Shown here one piece after another: positions 48,244 through 61,484 of a DNA stretch of 64,000 bases (its first letter is position 1; the number at the start of each line of letters is the position of its first letter). The translations under genes were made by a program, and so were the position numbers. This stretch comes from Epiperipatus broadwayi (Eukaryota > Animalia > Onychophora). The notes beneath the pieces were generated by a model. The model saw only the letters and a program-made list of their open reading frames with translations. It was not told where the DNA came from and ran no database searches. The stretch covers positions 8,184,001-8,248,000 of the forward strand of contig JAQFVV010000010.1 of the NCBI GenBank assembly GCA_028023455.1. The letters run 5' to 3'.

Positions 48244-49469
48244 TAAACAATTATGTGCTAGTATTGGAGATGTGATCATGTGATCTGCACTTTTGATTAA
48301 ATTTTAAAAAAAAAGTGATTAAAAAGATTAAGATTGATTTTGAGATTACATTTTTGAGTTTGGAGACAATGAAATAAGAAATAAAACATAATTAGATAGA
48401 TAATATAGCATAATCCAAGTTAAAAATGTAATCAGTAAGCTAATTAAAATATTTTCTTGTAATTCAAAATGTAATTAAGTTATTCAAGAGTGTGATAAAC
48501 AGAGGTCACTCAGGGTATGAAAATGAGAGGTCAACCAAATAGACATATATAAGCATTCCCAGCAATTAATACTCTAAAACTGGTTTATTAAGTAAACAAA
48601 CTACTCTCAATCCAAAGCATAAATCTTTTTAGAAAAAAGAATGGATGATCTCTTTTTACTACAATTTCTTTTATAGAGGCTAATCTGAAGCACTTGAAAA
48701 GAAAACATAAATATCTTTAAAGCAATCTTATTACTTTTTAAAGCTATATTTTAAATTATTTTGTTATTTTAATATTTGCAATTTTTTTCTATTTACACCT
48801 TGTCAATACTGACAGATTCAAGTAATAAAATGAAATAGATAAATATAAACATTCCTAGTAATTAATATGTAATACATTGAGATTAATATGTAATGCAGTG
48901 AGATTATTATTATTCTAAAACTAGTTTATTAAGTAAATAAAACATTTTGAATCCAAATCACAAGATAATTTTTTTTAGAGAAAAGAACAGACCATTGTCT
49001 CCCTTTATCTCAATTGTTTTCATAAAGGCTAATTTGAAGCACTTTGAAAAAAAAATTCAGTCTTTTAAGCTTTTCAAAGCTATATTTTAAATTGCTTTAT
49101 ATTATTTTAATTGACATTTGCGAAAATTTTTAATTTACATATTATCAATAATGATTCAAATAATAAAATAAGTAAAGCGATTTAAAATATAGCTTTAAAA
49201 AGTGATATGATTGATTTATAAATATTTATGCTGTCTTTCCAAAGTGCTTCAAATTAGCCTCTACAGGAAAAAAAATCAGGTAAAGAAAAAAGACAATTTG
49301 ATTGCTTTATCTCGTACTTTGGATTGAGAGTATTTCACTTACTTAATAAACCAGTTTTAGAGTATTAATCCTAATATATTACAATTAATTGCAGGGAATG
49401 TAATCAGTATTGACAAGGTGTCAATTGCAAAATTTCACAAACGTCAATTAAAATAATATTATGATCAAC

Positions 49470-50160
49470 AATTTCAATCATCTCTCCAAATTCAATCCAT
49501 CTTCTCTGATCTCTACTTTTTTATTTTACATTACTCCAACACACTTCCTTATTTCGTCCATCTGTCTCCCATGTGAACTTTTTCTAGATTTTTTTAAAAA
49601 TTTTTTGGAATTCAGTTGAAGATTTTGAGAATCCAGCTATTATCATCTCTTCTAGCACTATGACTATCTCAACTCCAATTCAGTCTCTTGATTCTTTTAA
49701 TGATGTCTAATACCTGTTTGTTCTCTCATCCATGCATTTCATTTTCAATCTCTTGTTACTCCTAATATGCATCTCTCCATACTTTTCTGAATGGTCTGAA
49801 GTCTCTATCTTGCTCTTCTGGTAAGTGTTCAAGTGTCAGATTCATAAGTAAGTAGTAAAACATATTAATTAAAAATGTTCATTTTCAAAAATATAGACAA
49901 ATTTACCTTTAATATTATATTATTTTAAGCAAAAGCACTCCAACCAAGTTTAATTTTATGATTAACTTTATTATGTTTCTATCGGTAATAATAAATTCTT
50001 CAAGGTATTTGTAATTGTTAAAATCTTTTAATTCATCATTATCAATCATTATTTTCTTCTTTTGAAAAAATCCATTGAACATTACTTTAGTTTTTTTAAC
50101 ATTTATCTTTAGAACTTTTGCAACATTTCTTGAAGATCTAAAGCATCATTTATAAAAACA
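49470..50160 (-). mobile_element. Old 5'-truncated RTE fragment (~0.7 kb of the 3' end)
   Basis: Aligns with 29260-29980, e.g. catctctccatacttctttgaatggtctgaagtctct and aaaagcactccaaccaagtttaat. Confidence 0.9.
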
Positions 50161-50349
50161 ATTACATATAAATTGGAATAGCATTCATGGAAAAAAAGTT
50201 GTAAGAGATGCCAGTTTTTATTTTTTAAATTTTGGTATCTATAAAGAAAGTTTTGGGATAATGCTATCTTGCTTTAAGAAAGTTACAATATCATTATAAT
50301 GAAGGACCTTTGATCAATTCCATCAAAAAAAAAAAAACCTGTTTAACAG

Positions 50350-50700
50350 CATCCCAGGAAATTAAGTTGATTAAAGTGACAGAGCTAACTTGTGAATTAT
50401 TAACACAGCAAATATGTAAAACCATGCAATAGCTAAAAATCACATTATGCTAGGATAAAAAAATTCTAATTTAGTGCATGAATCAATTAAACTTGGAATT
50501 ATGCAGTTTCCTGCAGATGCCAGCTTTAAAAGTATCTCATTCCAACATGTAACAATTATTGTCTAGAATTAGCATTACCTGTTGTCTTTCACTTGATTTC
50601 TGTTAGCCTATTCATCATGAATACATAATCCAGTCATACCATCAATCAGTCTGGAGAACAAATGAATCCCTAACGTTAAAACTTTTATAGACCAATTTTT
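50350..50700 (-). mobile_element. pogo/Tigger-like DDE transposase remnant
   Basis: Minus-strand fragments GMTGL, VMLILDNN and IIPSLIDSCTKLEFLS*HNV resemble the WMT, LLILDN..H and IP..T..LQPLDV motifs; stops present. Confidence 0.45.
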
Positions 50701-51703
50701 AAAAATGGTTCAAACCTATATTTTTAGTAAAATGTAAAATCAGAATTCTGATGCTATGGTAAGATAAATTTTTATTTAAAGTAAAAGGACTTTATAAAAG
50801 AATAATAATAGTAATATTTGTAGCAAATAACAATACTGATTTTAATATTCTTTAAATAATTTTATAATTTTGTTTTCCATTTAAATATGTATTTAATTTT
50901 TTTTAATGTAATTTTTATTTTTATGAATGCTAAAGCAAATAGAATTTAGATTTAATTTTTCATTCAATTGTTAATAGTTAATATTTATTATAACTTTGAT
51001 ATACCTGTTTATCTATTGATTGATATTTTGCAAATCTTTATTTATATTATTATAGTAAAATAATAATAATTATATGATTGTTTTTTACTGAATGTGGGCA
51101 TATCTGAGCCCATAAGTTAAATTCAGTCTAATTAAATGAATTAAAGCAATTTAAAATATAGCTTCAAAAAGTAATATAATTAATATAAAAATATTCATGC
51201 TTTCTTTTCAAAGGGCTTCAGATTAGTAGCCACAAAAGAAATTGAGGTAAAGAGAGTACTATCTATAAACACATATTTTATTAAAGAATAAAGATGTGTG
51301 TGTGTTTGTATAGGCATTAATTGTTGATAATTATAAGCTGATAAAAAGCGTGCAGAAGAATTAAGTGAGAGGAGAATAAAATTTGTGTGTAAAAACTAGT
51401 GAAAAGAGAGTTTAATGAAAGTAAAGTTGTTCTGGAAATTAAAGAAAAACTCTAGAGTCTAATTGGACTATCTCTGAATTATAATGTGTGAGCAAAATAT
51501 GCTTTCAAAAGTATAGATTTATAAGTTAAAGAGTAAAGAGATTTTATAAATATTAAATCTCTAAGGAAATATGAACTTTAAAGAGATCTGAGTGATTTTG
51601 TTCTCAACTAGCAAATTAGCAAGTTAAAAGTACTAATATCTCATTAATACAATTGTTATTATTCAGAGTAAATAAACTCTTGAAATTTATTTAAACTTTG
51701 GTT

Positions 51704-51764
51704 TTTTGTTTGTTTTTATATATCAAAGCGTTGACCGGGAAGCGCTAGGCCACCAACGCTTGAC
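51704..51764 (-). mobile_element. Internally deleted 61-bp mini-SINE of the tRNA-Gly family
   Basis: GTCAA-GCGTTGGTGGCCTAG|CGCTTCCCGGTCAACGC-TTTGATATAT-A tail. 10-bp TSD aactttggtt at 51694-51703 and 51765-51774. Confidence 0.85.
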
Positions 51765-53585
51765 AACTTTGGTTGCTTTTCTTATTTAAAAAATATAATT
51801 ATCCAGCTAACGGATTTCCTGGCTCTGGATATATTAGAGAAAAGATGGTCTATTCTTTTCTTTAAAAAGTTCTAGCTTGTGCTTTAGATTGACAGCATTT
51901 TGTTTACTTAATAAACCAGTTTTAGAGTATTAATCTTGATGCAGTACATAATGTTAATCACTGGAAATGTTTATATTTACAAATTTCATTATAATTTAAT
52001 ATAATATATCAATCACATAGTTCTTCTTTCCAAAACAGTTCATAAATGTCCAATATAGAAATAAAACAAACAAACTCCTTTTTAAAACGTGTTTTTTATA
52101 TGACTATAATGATGAATCAGTATTGATAAGGTATTAATTTAAAAATTTCACAAATATCAATTAAAATAATATAAAGCAATTTAAAATATAGCTTTAAAAA
52201 GTAATATGATTGATGTAAAGATATTTATGCTTTCTTTCCAAATCAGCCTTTATAAAAGAAATTGAGATAAAGAAAGAAGACGAACTGCTCTTTTATCTAA
52301 AAAGTTTTTGGACTGAGAGTATTTCATTAACTCAATAAACCAGTTTTAGCGTATTAATCTCAATGTTAATAAACCTCTGTCGTTATTATAAATAATAGTA
52401 AAACACAACAACAAGAAAATAAAAATAAAATTTAATTACATAAACCAAGTATAATTACTTTTTATTTTCTGTAACGGTATTTAATATTATATTTAATGTT
52501 TTCACGGTTATATGACGTAAGTAAAGTAGTTTTGGGGTTAAACGTTGAGAAGTAATAAAAAATAATATACGATTTAACCCCAAAATTACTTTATTTGTAT
52601 ATATATTTTCTTCAGAAATTCATTCTGATTTCTGAATACTACGTTGAATCTGAATTATATTTATAAAACAGAAACCAATGATTGTCTGGAGATTATTTGT
52701 TTTCCATATTTGTTAACCTGAAATACTATTTTTAAAAAGTTCCAAATCATAATGCTACTGAAAAAATCATGACAAACCAAGAGATATTTATGAAGAGTTA
52801 TATTTAACAAAATTGTAAACTAGAGGAGAAAAATTCTATTCTGTCAAAAAAGCATGTAAATGACTTTTTATCTTTGTCTTGGAAAATAAAAAAATAATAG
52901 AAATCAACGAATAAGCATTAATAAGTGTTAGGAAGCCTGACGATAAATTGAAAAATAATCCTGGCTCAGAAATATTCCACTACTGCTATATGTAAGTATA
53001 TATATGATAAGAATTATTTTTTTTAACACAACAACAACAACAAAACTTTATAAATTAGATATATCAAAAACGTTATTAATTTTTGTTTTGACCACTGAAT
53101 ATGCATTATCTGTAGTAAGTAATACAAAATATGAATATTTAGAAAATTGAGAATGCTGCTAAATAAATCGATAAAAGAAATATTCAAATTAAACGAAGTT
53201 TCAGAATAAATATAGAGACATGTTAATTAATATTATAGATCTTAAAAACGTATCTTATATGGAAATAAATTCCTAAGAGATTAATTAATTGTATGTGTAA
53301 TTAAAAGCTAAGATAAATTTCATTATAGATAACAAACTTTAAATAATACATAAATTGATTAAGCAAACTAATTAAAGCCAGAGTCAAATTACTCCAGAAA
53401 AGATAAAAAAAAAACAAAAGAGATGGTTGTAAAAATGACAGGAAAAAAGGACTGTGTGCTCTTTCTGTGGTTGTTGCTACTGTTACTGCATCCATGAGTT
53501 GAAGGGCAGTGAAGATCATCCGAGGATTTCATTCCCAGGATCTTGGCTCCTGTAGGTCATCAAGCCGATTAGTGTGTTAACTACT

Positions 53586-55351
53586 TCAGCTTCAAGCCGC
53601 CATATTGAATTTTTTAAAATACCGGCGTGAGACACAATTTTCACAATAACTTCAGTTTTAATTATGTTAGAGCAAAAACAATTACATTGTTAGAAACTAG
53701 AACAATTAAGGAAAACAATAAGCATAAAATAAATAGCGATAACTATATAAAAAATAAGGAAAAAAAAGAAATTTTCACATCTGAAATAATTATTATTTTA
53801 TTGTTTGTTCATAATTTGGAAATTAACATTAACTAAAATTCAAAATACATCTTCAGTGATAATTTCTTTATATTCCTCACAAAATTATCTTTCTAAACAT
53901 ATTTAACATGTCTTACCTTAGACAATCGACAGCTTCATAATCTCCAAAAGAAGTAGGATATGACTTCTTCATTTTTATCTTGTACCCCAAATGTTCTAAA
54001 TGTCAAAGGCATATATAAAGAAAAAGATTCATCCTAATAAAAGATAGAAAAGAAATCATCATAGCAATTGGCTTCTTGTCTATCTAAAACTAGAAATTTT
54101 AGGCTACTATCTATATCACTGATAAAATGAGTTTCATCTCTTCATTTTATATTTTTTTTGTGTACATCAGTGATGTTTATATTCTTTATGGACACCAGTG
54201 ATGTTTATATTTTTATGCACACAAGTGATGTTTATATTCTTTATGCACAGAAGTGATGTTATCTTGTTATATTTATTGTACCACATAGATATAATTTATT
54301 TGCATATAGTCCATTTATTAGCTATAGACTTAAAAATAATGTTATGAAACATATAGTAAAACCAAAGCATGAACAAGAATAAACAAAAACAAACAAGAAT
54401 CAGAATTTGATTATATGTTTGTGTATGCAATGTTTGTATACATTTGATTATTAGTTTTATAACTATTTATATTCTTTATGCACACAAGTGATGTTTATAT
54501 TCTTTATGCACAGAAGTGATGTTATCTTATTATATTTATTGTACCACATAGATATAATTTATTTGCATATAGTCCATTTGTTAGCTAGACTTAAAAATAA
54601 TGTTATGAAACATATAACAAAACCAAAGCATGAACAAGAATAAACAAAAAAATAAACAAGAATCAGAATTTGATTATATGTTTGTGTATGAAATATTTGT
54701 ATACATTTGATTATTAGTTTTATAACTCATTACTTGTAAACCATATTATATAAACATAATTAATGATTTTCAAAAAGTGTAGGTAGAACGTTAGAAAATT
54801 ACGATAGATATGAATTCTATACGAGCATAAATAAATATATAACTACTAAACACACACTAATTTTTCTATAGATATGAATTCTATATGAGCATAAATAAAT
54901 AAATATATAACTACAAATTAACACACACTAATTACAAACTAAAATTAAGAAAAAAGATAATTTTTTCAAAAAATTAAAAAAAAAATTTAAAAATTTAACT
55001 TACGAGTAATTATGTTGAAGCTCTATTGTAGGCTTTGTTTGTGAATAATGCCAGAGAAATGTTTACTTGCAGCACGTAAACCATTTTTTGTCTTTTATCG
55101 CTTCATGATAAGTACAAAAATTATATAAAAAACCAAAAAAATTAAATACTGTGGTCGATTAAAACTGTTGCCAAAATTCAAAATTTCAGCCAATTTTTTT
55201 GAGGTAAAGATCATTTGAAAGCTAAGATATTAAGCTATAAAATGGCCATATTTTAATTGACGCCATGCTTATACTTTTTATGTCAGTAAAGAAAGAAAAA
55301 TAACACGTCATCAAATGAACGCATGAGAGTGCACGAAGCGCCAAAAAAGCG
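53586..55351. mobile_element. Unclassified 1.77-kb insertion in the 5' LTR, no TSD
   Basis: The 3' LTR has contiguous tact-gtctcgg, whereas here tact and gtctcgg are separated by this segment. It contains a 28-29-bp minisatellite (~54165-54260), a ~245-bp duplication (~54225-54725) and a ~60-bp duplication (~54805-54930). Confidence 0.75.
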
Positions 55352-55662
55352 GTCTCGGTCTTATTATTTTAAAATATCTCAAGAGGCTCATCAAGGGTTG
55401 TATTATAAAAACTATAGACATTAGTGAAAGTAAAGTGAATAATAGTTTACCTAAACTGTATAAACATTATTTGTTATTCAGTAGTTAACTTGTGAATTAG
55501 ACATGCTCAAATGCAGACTTTATGTTAAAGATCGTATAGTAATTTTTTTTCTTAATTGTTAATAAATTGTTATTGCTAAATGTATAGGTGCTGTTATCTG
55601 TTGAGTTTATTGTATATTTGTTTGCTGGTCACCCACTCATAGTTGGAGACACAGAAAATTAT

Positions 55663-55680
55663 TGGCATTGTCACATCGAA
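55663..55680 (+). other. Putative decayed primer-binding site
   Basis: TGGCATTGTCAC... lies 9 nt after the 5' LTR end. The cognate tRNA cannot be assigned reliably. Confidence 0.4.
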
Positions 55681-55879
55681 CCAGTGAATGGCAAATAAGT
55701 TAAAAAGCCAAATTATTGGAAGTCATTACTGTCTGAACCTAGGGAAATAGGAAAGAGTTTAAACCATTAGTAAGCTTCTGGCATTCAGGTTTTTAGACTT
55801 AGGGAGAAAAGTACAAAATTATAGTCATTAAAGTTAGTTGTAAGACTAATTGTCCAGTAATCAGTCACGAGTGCTTTTG

Positions 55880-56640
55880 GCAGAATAGTATACTTGAATT
55901 TGAGATTAGCAATGCATCTGAATGACCATTGTATATTATGCAGTTACAAAACTTTTTTACATTGAATTGCATTGAAGATAATGAAAGGAAAGTAGCAGTA
56001 TTCACCTGTTTTGTGGGTATTAAAGCCATAGAAGTTGTAAATAGATTATTTGACTTGTCCATTAAAAAGGAAATAAAGTATGAGAATCTTATTGACAAAT
56101 TAAGTGATCATTTCAGCCCTCGTCCATTACGGCTATATAGCTCGCTTAATCTTGTAAAGAAGGAAACAGCTAGAGGGAGAGAAAATTAAAGAGTATAATG
56201 CAGCTCTTAGGGAATTGACCAAAGGGTGTGAGTATGGTGAGTTTATGGATGAAATACTCATGGGCCAGTTACTATGGGGTTTTTCTGATGTTAGGCTTAG
56301 ACAATAATTTCTCATGGAACCTGAGATTATGTATAAGATGGCCATTAAGAAAAGCATAGCATACAAATAAAGCTTGAATAGGTGCAGGTTTTTAGCACTA
56401 AGAGAGATCAAAACCCTAAAATGAGTGTGTGTAAAACAGAACAGGAAAAGTCTGCTACTAAAAGCTGAAAAAAGTAAGAATGTTAGAGTAACATGTTTTT
56501 GTTGCAATAAAATATGCCACATATCATAAGAATGTAGTTGGCTTGAAGCGTCATATTTTAAATGCAGAAAAAAGGGACACTTAGTATGTATGTACAAACA
56601 GGAAGGTAACTGGTAAGGTGAAAGTAAATTACCTCTGCAA
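55880..56640 (+). pseudogene. gag remnant with CCHC zinc knuckles
   Basis: LQNFFTLNCIEDNERKVAVFTCFVG...YENLIDKLSDHFSP; CFCCNKICH..C and C.KKGH..C knuckles near 56490-56595; stops and frameshifts. Confidence 0.8.
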
Positions 56641-56699
56641 AAAAAATAGGAGAGGCTACCATACAATTAGAAAACATGGGCACCCAAGGTCAAAATCAT

Positions 56700-59260
56700 T
56701 TTATAATGAAGCTGAGACTTTGCAGCAAAGAACTGTTGATGGAAATTGATAGTTGGTCAGGTGTTTCACTGATGTCACTCACTGATTGGCTGTCACTCAT
56801 TGGCCAACATCGAAAGTGAAATAGAGAAAACAACATTAGGCACATGATGTAAGCAGAAACATGCTTAAATTAATAGGCTGGGTGACATTGCCCATTAATA
56901 ACTGGGTAAAAAAAGTGAATCTACCCCTGTACATAGTTAATGGGAAAATAAGTCCTATAGTTGGGAGGGAGTGGTTCCACAAACTAGGTATACAAATTAA
57001 CATTATTAAAAAAATCTATCTGGTCCAAAAATGGCATACAAATACCCTAATTTGTTTAATGAAGATTTGGGATTAATTAATATGAGCCTGGCTTAGATAG
57101 AGTTTCTGGAAAATGCATGACTGGTCATGTGTAAACCATGGAAAATCCTATTAGCTCACAAAGAGAAAGTGACAGAAAAACTAAAATCATTAGTAAGGGC
57201 ATATTAATGTCAATTGAAACATCGGATTGAGCCATGCCTTTAGTAATGATAACCAAGCAAAATGGCAAAATTAGAGTATGTGATGATTACAGAGTAACTG
57301 TAAATAAATATCTGAACAGGGGAGCATATCCCATTTCTAATGTGAGGGAAGTACCAGCCAGTCTTCAAAATGCCTCACATTTCGCAAAGTTGGACTTAAA
57401 TTCTGCATTTTACCAGATATAGGTGACAGACAAATCAGTGGAAATTTTAATTTTGACAACACTGATGGGATTATTTAAATCAATCATTTACTGTTTGGAA
57501 TGTCAACAACCCCTAACATTTTCCAAATGAAAATTGACACATTGCTCCAGAGCCTGGAGGGGTTTTCCCCTATTTTGATGATATGTTCATCATAGTTAAC
57601 TCAAAAGAGATGTTGTGTAAAAGGCTGTTCACAGTATGTGAAAAATTAAACAAAATGAGAGTAAAGTTAAACGCTCAAAAAAGTGTATGACATGAAAAGA
57701 ATGTTTTTCTCAGCCACATAATTTCTGATAGAGGGAAGAAACCAGTACCTGAGAAAGTGAAAAATGCAGCAAAGTCTAAAAACATTAAACAACTGCAGGC
57801 ATATTTAAGATTAATAAATTTTTTCTGAGTCTTTTTTAGAGAATAAAGCACACTTAGCAAAACCATTGTACAACTTATTGAGAAAAGATCAAAAATGGCA
57901 ATAGTTGGAAATTCATGATGAAGCATTTAAAAAAACTAAAGACCTATTATCATTTAACAAATTGTTAATACAGAGTAGGGGTGAGGGTGGTTCTCTCTCA
58001 TCCATGCTGTAAAGGGGATCAGCCTATTGCATATGCTTTGCATACACTCTCAAAAAGCAGAGAGAAATTTCAGTCAGATCAATAAAAAAGCTTAAAAAAT
58101 CTTTAGTTATTATCTTCACTCAGAAAAAATTTCATCAATATATTTTTGGCAGAAGGGTTCAAATAATAACTGACAACAAACCATTGCTAGGTAAGTATTC
58201 TGGGACATGATAAATCAGTACCCAAACATTTAAGCCCACACATGATGTGATGGAAAACATCTTGTCATCTTATGATTACAGACTGGAATATAAAAAGGGC
58301 AAAGAAATTTCACATGCCAAAGATCTATCCTGCATCCCAGATAAAGAAGAACCAAACAGCATGGAGATGGAAATAAATTACATTGACAAGCTAAAATCGG
58401 AAATCCTGAACAGTAAAAAAGTAGTGAATTAGACAAAACATGACAAAGGCTACCAACTGCTTATGGAGTGGATAAAGAACAGCTGGCCAGAGTTGAAGCT
58501 GCACTATGTCACCACAGAGTTCTGGAAAAACCATGAGAAATTGTCTACTTGTAAAGGATGATTACTAATGGGGGATCAAGTTGTAGTAGACAACAAGTTT
58601 TAAAGGTTTTATATGGTCACCCCAAACCAAAGCATTAGCTTGTAGCTACATCTTGTGGCCAAAAATAATATCAGACAGTGAGCAATACATAAAAAATGCA
58701 TGACCTGTCAATCTGAATCTAATAAGGAGGCAAAATATTATGATCGATGGACAATAGCAACAGAAGCCTGGAAGAGAGTACACATTAACCATGCAGGTCC
58801 AATAAATAGCAATATACTGCTCATACTCATAGATGCATACTCCAAATGGATGGAATATTGTATTATAAAGGATATGAGTACAAAAGAAATGATTGAAAAA
58901 TTTAAATGCTGTGTTTTTTTGTCATGGTCTACCTGAGACCATCGTCTTCGATAACAGCACTGGATTCACCATGCAAACAATGAAACACTATTTTATTGAC
59001 AATGGTATCAAACACATACATGCACCCCCATATCACCCAGAGTCAAATGGCCTTGCAGAAAAGGCTGTACAGATAATTAAAAAAGCCACCATTAAGTCAA
59101 AGAATGGAAGTATGCAGCAAGCAATATATAATGCTATGCTGCATCAACACTCCACCCCATCAACCACTACTGGGAAATCTCTGGCAGAACTGCAGATGGG
59201 AAGGAAACTGCAAATTAAATTATCACTTTTACTTCCAAGTATGCCTAATAAAATAAAGAT
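56700..59260 (+). pseudogene. pol remnant (protease, RT, RNase H, integrase)
   Basis: LLMEIDS (protease); PLVMITKQNGKIRVCDDYRVTVNKYL, FAKLDLNSAFYQI and YFDD (RT); WKRVHINHAGP, LIDAYSKW, GLPETIVFDN and PYHPESNGLAEKAVQ (integrase). Many disablements. Confidence 0.9.
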
Positions 59261-59724
59261 TGAAAAAAATACAAATAACGGACCAAAAAAGAGAAAATAT
59301 ATACATAATAGGTGGCAGAGTTTGAGTTCGAGACATAATCTGGAAGAAATGGGTTAAAGTAATTGCGAATGTTATCAAAAACAATAGCAATTATCCAAGT
59401 ACAGAATGGAACAGCATAAAGAAGACATGTAAATCATGTCCATCGATGATTCGAAGAAGATTGGCAAATCGCAATGCCCATGCCAAAAGATGAAAATCAA
59501 GAAACACCAAGACATAGTTGAACCAACACCACATGGAATATAAATCAAGGATGAAGAGAGAAAACCAGAAATCTGCAAAATGGAATCTGGAAGAAAGGAA
59601 CAGGAACTAGAATCAACACTGAATCTGACTGGATTAACAACTAGATCACCCAGACCCAGATGCCATATACAAAGACTAGCCAGATTCAATGACTAATATA
59701 TAAGCCTATATAATTTTCTGGAGT

Positions 59725-59735
59725 AAGGGGAGGAG
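59725..59735 (+). other. Polypurine tract
   Basis: aaggggaggag immediately followed by TG, the start of the 3' LTR at 59736. Confidence 0.8.
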
Positions 59736-60086
59736 TGCAAAATATTAATTAATATTTAAAAGACTAAGTATGCTGCTAAATAAATCAATAAAAGAAATAT
59801 TCAAATTAAACGAAGTTTAAGAATAAATATAGACATGTATATATTAATTAATATTATAGATCTTAAAAACTTATATGGAAATAAATTCCTAAGAGAAATT
59901 AATATTATAGATCTTAAAAACTTACTTTATATGGAAATAAATTTCTAAGAGAGTAATTAGTTGTAAGTGTAATTAAAAACTAAGATAAATTCCATTATAC
60001 GATAACACTTTAAATAATACATAAATTGATTAAGCGAACTAATTAAAGCCAAAGTCAAATTATTTCAGAAAAGATTAAAAAAACAA

Positions 60087-61484
60087 GTTTAGGGAAGTAA
60101 ACTTCACTAAAACTATCACTATTAAAGAGGGAAGTTTCTTAGCTCTCTTTTCATATGCAACCTATATCAACAATGTAATCACAAGTAAAAATAATTTCAA
60201 CTTTCATAAAAACGCTATATAAATATATGGCAACCACTGAAATTACAAAAGATTTCTACAGAGATTTTACCTTTTAATGAAAATTTTAATTTCACTTAAT
60301 TTTGTTGAATGAATGAGAGAGTCCGGTTGTTGGAGGGGCCTAAATCCTAGTTCTTTTGAGGGAGGGGCTGGGGTGAGAGGGCTGTGGTGATCGTTACCAA
60401 CTTTGGTTTTTTCTCATTCACAAGATAGAAAAAATAACGTTATTTATGATAATTCTTTAACGTTATCATAATGAATGCTTTTATCCATGTATTATTGCAA
60501 AATAAGTTGCAGTTTGGTCTCATGATTCTAATTGCAAGTGATTTACCTTATTTAATTTTATTACCTCCATTGTTATTATTGACGAGGCTGATTGTCATGA
60601 CAGATTGAAATGGTTTTCAGCAGAGACATTTTGAAGCTTGGATTTTTTTTCCTTGTTCTCCATAGTTTTTCCATAATTTTTCCAAAGTATTCAGGATTGC
60701 TCTCTTATGAAGATATTCAAGGCCATTTTAAAGAACTGAACAGTTAGATTGATTTAGTCTGTATTTTACATTATCTCCAAGTGTTTTCCTATTTCTCAAC
60801 TTATCTACCTCAAATTGGATTTCCCAATACTGCACTCTTAAAACACATTCACATTTAATCCTAGACTTTACAAATAATTCCTAATTGTACCTTTTAATTA
60901 AAATTTTCATTACAATCAACTTTGCTGATTGAATGAGAGAGTCTGGTTGTTGGGAGGGGCCCCAGAGGCCTAAATCCTAGTTCTTTTGAGGGGAGGACTG
61001 GGATGAGGGTGTTATGGGGACTGTTACCTACATTTATTTTCTCATTCTCAAAAAGGAAAAAAAAACTGCCATTCATAGCAGTTTTAGCATTCTTATTATA
61101 AACAATTCTATCAAATATTATTGCAAAATAAACTGCAGTTTGGCCTAATCATTCTAATTGCAAGTGATTCACCCTATTCAAATTTATTATTTCCAATGTT
61201 GATATCTCCAAGTCTTTTCTTATTATCAACTTATCCATTGCAAATTGGACTTCTCAATATTGTGCTCCTTAAATGCTACTCATATTTAGACTTTAAAATA
61301 ATTCGTAATTGTAACATTTATTTGTCTTCAATGGTTAATGCACACCCTTTCCACATCTCTTTTCATATGTATTCTTTCCCTTTCATCATGTTGCTCCTGA
61401 ATTTCATTTTTACCATTCTTTGTAAACCTTATTTAACTATATTTGTACATTTTTTTGATGAATAAACTTTCATCACTGAGAAAA
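60087..61484 (-). mobile_element. 1.4-kb retroposed insertion in the 3' LTR, two tandem degenerate units
   Basis: 18-bp TSD aaaagattaaaaaaacaa at 60069-60086 and 61485-61502. Units ~60300-60880 and ~60890-61340 share ggcctaaatcctagttcttttgag and attctaattgcaagtg. Confidence 0.8.

Larger units (their letters stand above)
48540..52370. repeat. Cluster of at least five degenerate ~300-330-bp units in direct and inverted orientation
   Basis: Units at ~48560-48830 and ~48910-49160 (direct), and ~49175-49460, 51140-51260, 51830-51960 and 52100-52365 (inverted or partial). Shared anchors aaactggtttattaagtaa, ggctaat(c/t)tgaagcactt and aaagctatattttaaatt. Confidence 0.8.
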
